Source of the DNA: Chiloscyllium plagiosum
Taxonomy: Eukaryota
Direction: 5' to 3'
Length of the DNA stretch: 61,385 bases
Assembly (NCBI RefSeq): GCF_004010195.1
Contig: NC_057719.1
Location: forward strand, 88,613,179 to 88,674,563
In this document: one piece after another, positions 55,375 through 61,385 of the stretch
Layout: each line of letters opens with the position of its first letter
How positions within the stretch are numbered: position 1 is the first letter of the stretch
The notes under the pieces: generated by a model
The model's database searches: none
Told to the model about the DNA's origin: nothing
Seen by the model: only the letters and a program-made list of their open reading frames with translations
Translations under genes and position numbers: made by a program

Positions 55375-56027
55375 TAGAGTCAGAGAGTCATAGAGATGTA
55401 CAGCATGGGAACAGACCCTTCGGTCCAACCCGTCCATGCCAACCAGATATCCCAACCCAATCTAGTCCCACCTGCCAGCTCCCGGCCCATATCCCTCCAA
55501 ACCCTTCCTATTCATATACCCATCCAAATGCCTCTTAAATGTTGCAATTGTACCAGCCTCCATCACATTCTCTAGCAGCTCATTCCATACACGTACTACC
55601 CCCTGTGTGAAAAAGTTGTCCCTTAGGTCTCTTTTATATCTTTCCCCTCTCACCCAAAACCTATGCCCTCTAGTTCTGGACTCCCCGACCCCAGGGAAAA
55701 ACGTTGTCTATTTATCCTATCCATGACCCTCATAATTTTGTAAACCTCTATAAGATCACCCTTTAGCCTCCAACGCTCCAGGGAAAACAGCCCCAGCCTG
55801 TTCAGCCTCCTCAGATCTTCCAACCCTGGCAACATCCTTGTAATTCTTTTCTGAACCCTTTCAAGTTTCACAACATCTTTCCTATAGGAAGGAGATCAGA
55901 ATTGCATACAATATTCCAACAGTGGTCTAACCAATGTCCTATACAGCCGCAACATGACCTCCCAACCCGTGTACTCAATACTTTGACCAATAAAGGAAAG
56001 CATACCAAACGCCTTCTTCACTATCCT
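55375..56027 (-). mobile_element. CR1 LINE 3' fragment, young subfamily
   Basis: Close reverse-complement match to 1-398; KLERVQKRITRMLPG. Confidence 0.93.
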
Positions 56028-56622
56028 ATGCTAGTGAGGAATAGGAGGATAAAGCAGATGAATGAGTGGATGAGAAGCTGGTGCAGAGGAGAAGGAGTCT
56101 CTTCTGGGGTACAAGTGACCTGAACAAGAAGGATGGTTTGCACCTGAATTGGAAGGGGACTAATATATTGGCAGGGAGATTTGTTATAGCTGCTTGGGAG
56201 GATTAAAACTAGTAAGGTTGGGAGAGTGGGGGGGGGCACACGAATGGAGGGACACCCAGGAACATATTGAGGAAGGAGATCAGTCTATAACTGGTATAGT
56301 TGGGGGGGGGGTATCGTAAGAGAGGAGGAGGAGGAGCAGTGGCGCTTTTGATAAGTAGTACATTACTACTGTACTTAGGGAGGATATTCCTGGGAAAACG
56401 TCCAAGAAAGTTATTTGGGTGGAACTGAGAAACAAAAAAGGGATGACCACCTTACTGGGATTGTACTACAGATCACCTAATAGTCAATGGAAAATTGTAA
56501 GAAGATTTCAATTATCTTTAAGGATAATAGGGTGGGTATGGTGTGGGATTTTAACTTTCTAAACATAGACTGGAATAAGGGTTTAGATGGAGAGAAATTT
56601 GTTAGGTGTGTACAAGAAAAAT

Positions 56623-56802
56623 AGGTAAAAACAATGACTGCAGATGCTGGAAACCAGATTCTGGATTAGTGGTGCTGGAAGAACACAGCAGTTCAGGCAG
56701 CATCCGAGGAGCCTGATGAAGGGCTTTTGCCCGAAACGTCGATTTTACTGCTCCTCGAATGCTGCCTGAACTGCTGTGCTCTTCCAGCACCACTAATCCA
56801 GA
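56623..56802 (+). mobile_element. 180-bp fold-back PLE derivative with an intact hammerhead core in the loop
   Basis: 15-bp TSD gtgtacaagaaaaat (56608-56622, 56803-56817); 53-bp inverted arms 56660-56712 / 56750-56802; core CTGATGA-a-gggc-tttt-gccc-GAAA-c-GTC at 56713-56740. Confidence 0.85.
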
Positions 56803-57060
56803 GTGTACAAGAAAAATGTCTGATTCAGTGTGTGGATGTACCTACTAGATTAGGTGCAAAACATGAGCTCTTCTTGGGAAATAAGGCAGGGCAAGTGACT
56901 CAGGTGACAGTGGGACAGTACTTTGGGGTCAATGGCCATAATTCTATTAGTTTTAAAATAGTGATGGAAAAGGATAGACCAGATCTAAAAGTTGAAGTTC
57001 TAAATTGGAGGAAGGCCAATTTTGACACTATTAGGCAAGAACTTTCAAAAGTTGATTGGG

Positions 57061-58437
57061 GACAGTCATAGGTAAAGGGATGGGCCCCAGCTATGCCTGC
57101 CTCTTCGTCAGGTGTGTAGAACAGAGCATCTTCCGTAGCAACACCGACACTATTCCTCAACTTTTCCACAGCTACATCGATGACTGTAGTGGCGCTACCT
57201 TGTGCTCCCATGAGGAGGTTGAACAGTTCATCACATTCACCAACACCTTCCACCCTGACCTCAAATTCACCTGGACCATCTTGGACACTTCCCTCCCCTT
57301 CCTGGACCTCTCCATCTCCATCTCCAGTGACTGGCTAACCATGGACATCGACTACAAACCCTCATTTCACTCTGCCTCCTATAAAAATTCCCAATTCCTC
57401 CACCTCTGCTCCCAGGCGGAAAAATTCCATCACAGAACTTCTCAGATGGCCTCCTTCTTCAAAGACCATAATTTCCCTCCACTGCATCTCCTCCACTTCC
57501 TGCACCGCTGCCCTTGAACACCACCACTCCAACTACCACCCCCAACTCCCGGTCCTCACCTTCCAACCCACCAACCTCCAGATACATGGCATCATCCTCC
57601 AACACTTCCGCCACCTACAAACAAACCCCACAACTAGGGATATATTTCCCTACCCATCCCTATCTGTGTTTCGGAGAGACCATACCCTCCGTGACTCCCT
57701 TGTCAGATCCATGCCCCCCCACCAGCCCACATCCCACTCTCGGCACCTTCCCCTGCCACCACAGCAAGTGCAATACCTGCACCCACACTCCCACCTCACC
57801 TCTGTCCAAGACCCCAAAGGATCGTTCCACATCCGACAGAAAGTACCTCCACCAATGTCATCTAGTGTATCCGTTGTACTTGATGTGTTCTCCGCTACAC
57901 TTGCAGATTGTTTCAGAGAACATCTCTGGGACACTTGCACCAACCAACCCCACCACCCCGTTGTCAAACACTTTAACTCCCCCTCCCACTGCACCAAGGA
58001 CATGCAGGTCCTGGGCCTCCTCCATCACCAAACCCTAACCACCCGATGCCTGGAGGAAGAATGCCTCATCTTCTGCCTTGGGACTCTGCAATCACACTGG
58101 ATCAACGTGGATTTCACCAGTTTCCTTATATGCTCCCTCCCCACCTTATCCCAATCCAAGCTTCCAACTCGTCTCTGCCCTCTTGACCTGTCCATCTTCC
58201 TTCCCACCTATCCGCTCCACTCTCCTCTCCGACCTATCACCTTCCCCCCACAACCTTCATCTACCTATCACATTCCCACCTACCTTCCCTTCCAGCTCCA
58301 CCTCCTTCCCATTTGTCTCTCAGCACCCCCGTTCCATAAGCCTCATTCCTGATGAAGGGCTTATGTCTGAAACATCAATTCTCCTCCTCCTCTGATGCTG
58401 CCTGACCTGCTGTTCTTTTCCAGCATCCAACTCTCAT
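57061..58437 (+). mobile_element. 5'-truncated Penelope-like retroelement (RT + GIY-YIG region + terminal repeat)
   Basis: MGPSYACLF, YIDD, LPFLDL RT motifs; LADCFREHL..PVVKHFNSPSH endonuclease C-terminus; decayed hammerhead core at 58349-58376. Confidence 0.9.
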
Positions 58438-60769
58438 CCCTCAAAGATCAGCAAAGCAGCCTATGTGGAGAACTGCAGGAGATGGGGGAGATCTAAACGA
58501 GTATTTTGCATCAGTGTTTACTGTGGATAAGGACATGGAAGATACAGAATGTGGGGAGATAGGTGGTGACATCTTGAAAAATGTCCATATTACAGAGAAG
58601 GTGGTGCTGAATATTTTAAAATGCATAAAGGTGCACAAATCCCAGGATCTGATCAGGTGTAACCTAGAACTCTGTGGAAAGCTAGGGAAGTAATTGCTGG
58701 GTCCCTTTGCTGAGATATTTATATCATTCATAGTCACAGGTGAGGTGCCGGAAGATTGGAGATTGGTTAAAGTGGTGCCACTATTTAAGAAAGGTGGTAA
58801 GAAAAAGCCAGAGAACTACAGACCAGTGAGCCTGATATCAGTGGTGGGCAAGTTGTTAGAGGGAATACTGAGGGACAGGATTTACATATATTTGGAAAGG
58901 CAAGGACTGATTAGGGATAGTTAACATGATTGTATGTGTGGGAAATCATGTCTCACTAACTTGATTGAGTTTTTTGAGGTAACGAAGTGGATTGATGAGG
59001 GCAGAGCGGTGGATGTGTTCTATATAGACTTTAGTAAGCCGTTTGACAAGGTTCCTCATGGTAGACTCATTAGCGAGGTTAGATCACATGGAATACAGGA
59101 AGAACTAGCCGGAGGGTGGTGTGGGGGGGGTTGCCTTTCAGACTGGAGGCCTGTGACCAATGATGTGCCACAAGGAGCAGTGCTGGGTTCACTGCTTTTC
59201 ATCATTTATATAAATGATTTGGATGTGAACATAGGAGGCACACTAAGTAAGTTTGTAGATGACACCAAAATTGGAGGTGTAGTGGACAATGAAAAAGACC
59301 TTAGAAGACAACGGGATCTTGATCAGATGGGCCAATGGGCTCAGGAGTGTCGAATGGAATTTAATTTAGATAAATGCGAGGAACTGCATTTTGGAAAGGC
59401 AAGTCAGGGCAGGACTTACATGCTTCATGGTAAGGTCCTGGGGAGTGTTGCTGAACGAAGAGACCTTGCAGTGCAGGTTCATGGTTCCTTGAAAGTCGAG
59501 TCGCAGGTAGATAGGATAGTGAAGGCGGCTTTTGGTATGCTTTCCTTTATTGGTCAGTGTATTGAGTATAGGAGTTGGAAGGTCATGTTGCGGATATACA
59601 GGCCATTGATTTGGCCACTTTTGGAATATTGTGTGCAATTCTGGTCTCCCTCCTATCGGAAGAATGTTTTGAAACTTGAAAGGGTTCAGAAAAGATTTAC
59701 AAGGATGTAGCCAGGGTTGGAAGATTTGAGCTATAGGCAGAGGCTGAATAGGCTGGGGTTGTTTTCCCCTGGAGCGACAGAGGCCGAGGGGTGACCTTGT
59801 TGAGGTTTATAAAATCATGAGGGACATGGATAGGGTAAATAGTATTTTCCCTGGAGGGTATAGATTTAGCGTGAAGGGGAAAAATTTAACAGGGATCTAA
59901 GGGGCAACTGTTTCACACAGAGGGTGATGTGTATATGGAATGAGCTGCCAGAGGAAGTGTGGAGGCTGGTACAATTACAACATTTAAAAGGCATCTGGAT
60001 AGAACATAGAACACACGCACACGCACACAATCTCTCTTTGTGGGAAACAACAGCAAATCCAAGAGAGCTTAAACCTAAAGTATTTTAAAACAGGGAAGGA
60101 CTTATGTTCATCTGAACAACTACCAAAGCATGACCTTCACCTTCCAGACAAAAACATGTCATCATTGGATGATGATTTAAATGGAAATAGTGTGTAAGTA
60201 TATGGGGGGAAAAGCAGCTTTGTGCTTTGCTGACATCTCCAGGGAGAGGGTTGTGGGTGGAGCTGAGTAAAGAGGTTGGGAGATTTGTTAGAGGCAATGA
60301 GCAGTGTCTGGTGTGGAGCTCGTAGTGTGTAGCAAGAGATGGAGTGCCTGGGTGGCCTTGAAATGCACCACCAGAATGTTTAACCAAGAAAGGATCAAGC
60401 AATACAAGCAACACACTCACTTCCAGATGGACTGAGCTGAAAAGCAGGTGATCATTCCAGAAAACTCACCAACGGCCACGGTGGATGTGATGCCATTGAA
60501 GAGACCCATTGCTTTATTTCAGCTCTGAAAGGAATACCCCTGGCAAATTAACGAGGAAGGAAGAGGGAGCTTTGGGAATAAGATAGAAACTATGGATTAG
60601 AAATACTGTGTTTAAGATAAATAACAAGAGCGAATGAAATAAAAACAAAAGATGCAGGAATTTGTTGGAAGTTGTTAACCATTCACCATAACCATTCCAA
60701 TGAAAGGCCATCAACCTGAAACTTAGGGTTGGGATTAATGGTTGGCTCATCACCACCCTTCTCCCAAAC

Positions 60770-61112
60770 AGGGTGGGTCAGTGGTTAGCACTGTTGCCTT
60801 ATAGCGCCAGGGACTCAGGTTCGATTCCACCTTTGGGCAATTGTTTGTAGAGTTTGCACATTCTTCCAGTGTCTGTGTGGGTTTCTTCTGGATGCTCCAG
60901 TTTCCTCCCACAGTTGAACAATGTGCAGTTTAGGTTGACTGGCCATGCCTAATTGCCCATAGTGTCCAGTGATGTGCTAGTTGGATTAGCCATGGGAAAT
61001 ACAAGGTTACAGGGATCATGTAGAGGGGTGAGTCTGCGTGGGATGCTCTTCGGAGGTGTGAGCTGGATGGCCAAAATGCCTGCTTCCACACTGTAGGGAT
61101 TCTAGGATTCTA
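60770..61112 (+). mobile_element. HE1-type SINE (long variant)
   Basis: cagtggttagcactgttgcc..ggttcgattcc head, core, tail ggattctatg. Confidence 0.9.
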
Positions 61113-61325
61113 TGTAAAATGAGGCACAATGACAACGTGTTGACCAGTCTCTGAAATCTGAAGCCCTCCTCCCACTTTCGAATCAAACAGCTACCAAGCC
61201 TGTTTGATTTTTCATTGCCCAATTCACTTTTCACTAGTCGCATGGGGTAAAATTTGGGAGTGAGTTGTGCCAGACATGTGGAGGTGGCATTAGAGTGGAT
61301 TAAAAAAAGGTACCTAACAAGGTTG

Positions 61326-61385
61326 CCTCCCACAATCCAAAGATGTGCAGGTCAGGTGAATTGGCCATGCTAAATTGCCCATAGT
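61326..61385 (+). mobile_element. HE1-type SINE fragment running off the window
   Basis: cctcccacaatccaaagatgtgcaggtcaggtgaattggccatgctaaattgccc core. Confidence 0.85.

Larger units (their letters stand above)
56028..60000 (+). mobile_element. Long CR1 LINE: end of ORF1 (SGNH esterase-like) plus disrupted ORF2, with two PLE-type insertions
   Basis: RIKQMNEWMRSWCRGEG..DGLHLNWKGTNILAGRF; NYRPVSLIS, PQGAVLG, KFVDDTKIG (track 58934..59710). Confidence 0.93.

Noticed and set aside
58934..59710. Intact reverse transcriptase gene
   Set aside because: Fragment of a CR1 ORF2 with stops, a deletion and insertions; no intact autonomous element in the window.
1..61385. CRISPR array, operon or other prokaryotic or viral system
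   Set aside because: No regularly spaced repeats or dense gene organisation; the content is vertebrate intronic and retroelement DNA.

Overview
Eukaryotic, AT-rich, repeat-dense vertebrate DNA. HE1-type tRNA-headed SINEs with CR1-like tails point to an elasmobranch (shark); this is an inference from repeat families. Most of the window appears to be intronic sequence of an unidentified minus-strand gene. Its best-supported exon is 895 nt (18224-19118), with phase-compatible small exons at 12046-12128, 28683-28731 and possibly 41126-41169. The rest is decayed and nested mobile elements: many CR1 LINEs (two long copies), about 11 HE1-type SINEs, a second SINE and LINE family, an RTE LINE, a Tx1/L1-type fragment, a two-gene Harbinger remnant, a TA-flanked MITE and Penelope-like elements (PLEs). 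Most notable are (i) minimal hammerhead-ribozyme cores in the PLE end and in short TSD-flanked or fold-back derivatives, (ii) several locally templated inverted or direct copies of 19-61 bp, and (iii) a CpG-retaining bZIP/CCAAT motif cluster. Most ORF-track entries are repeat fragments or antisense artefacts. Repeat boundaries were read by eye and are approximate.
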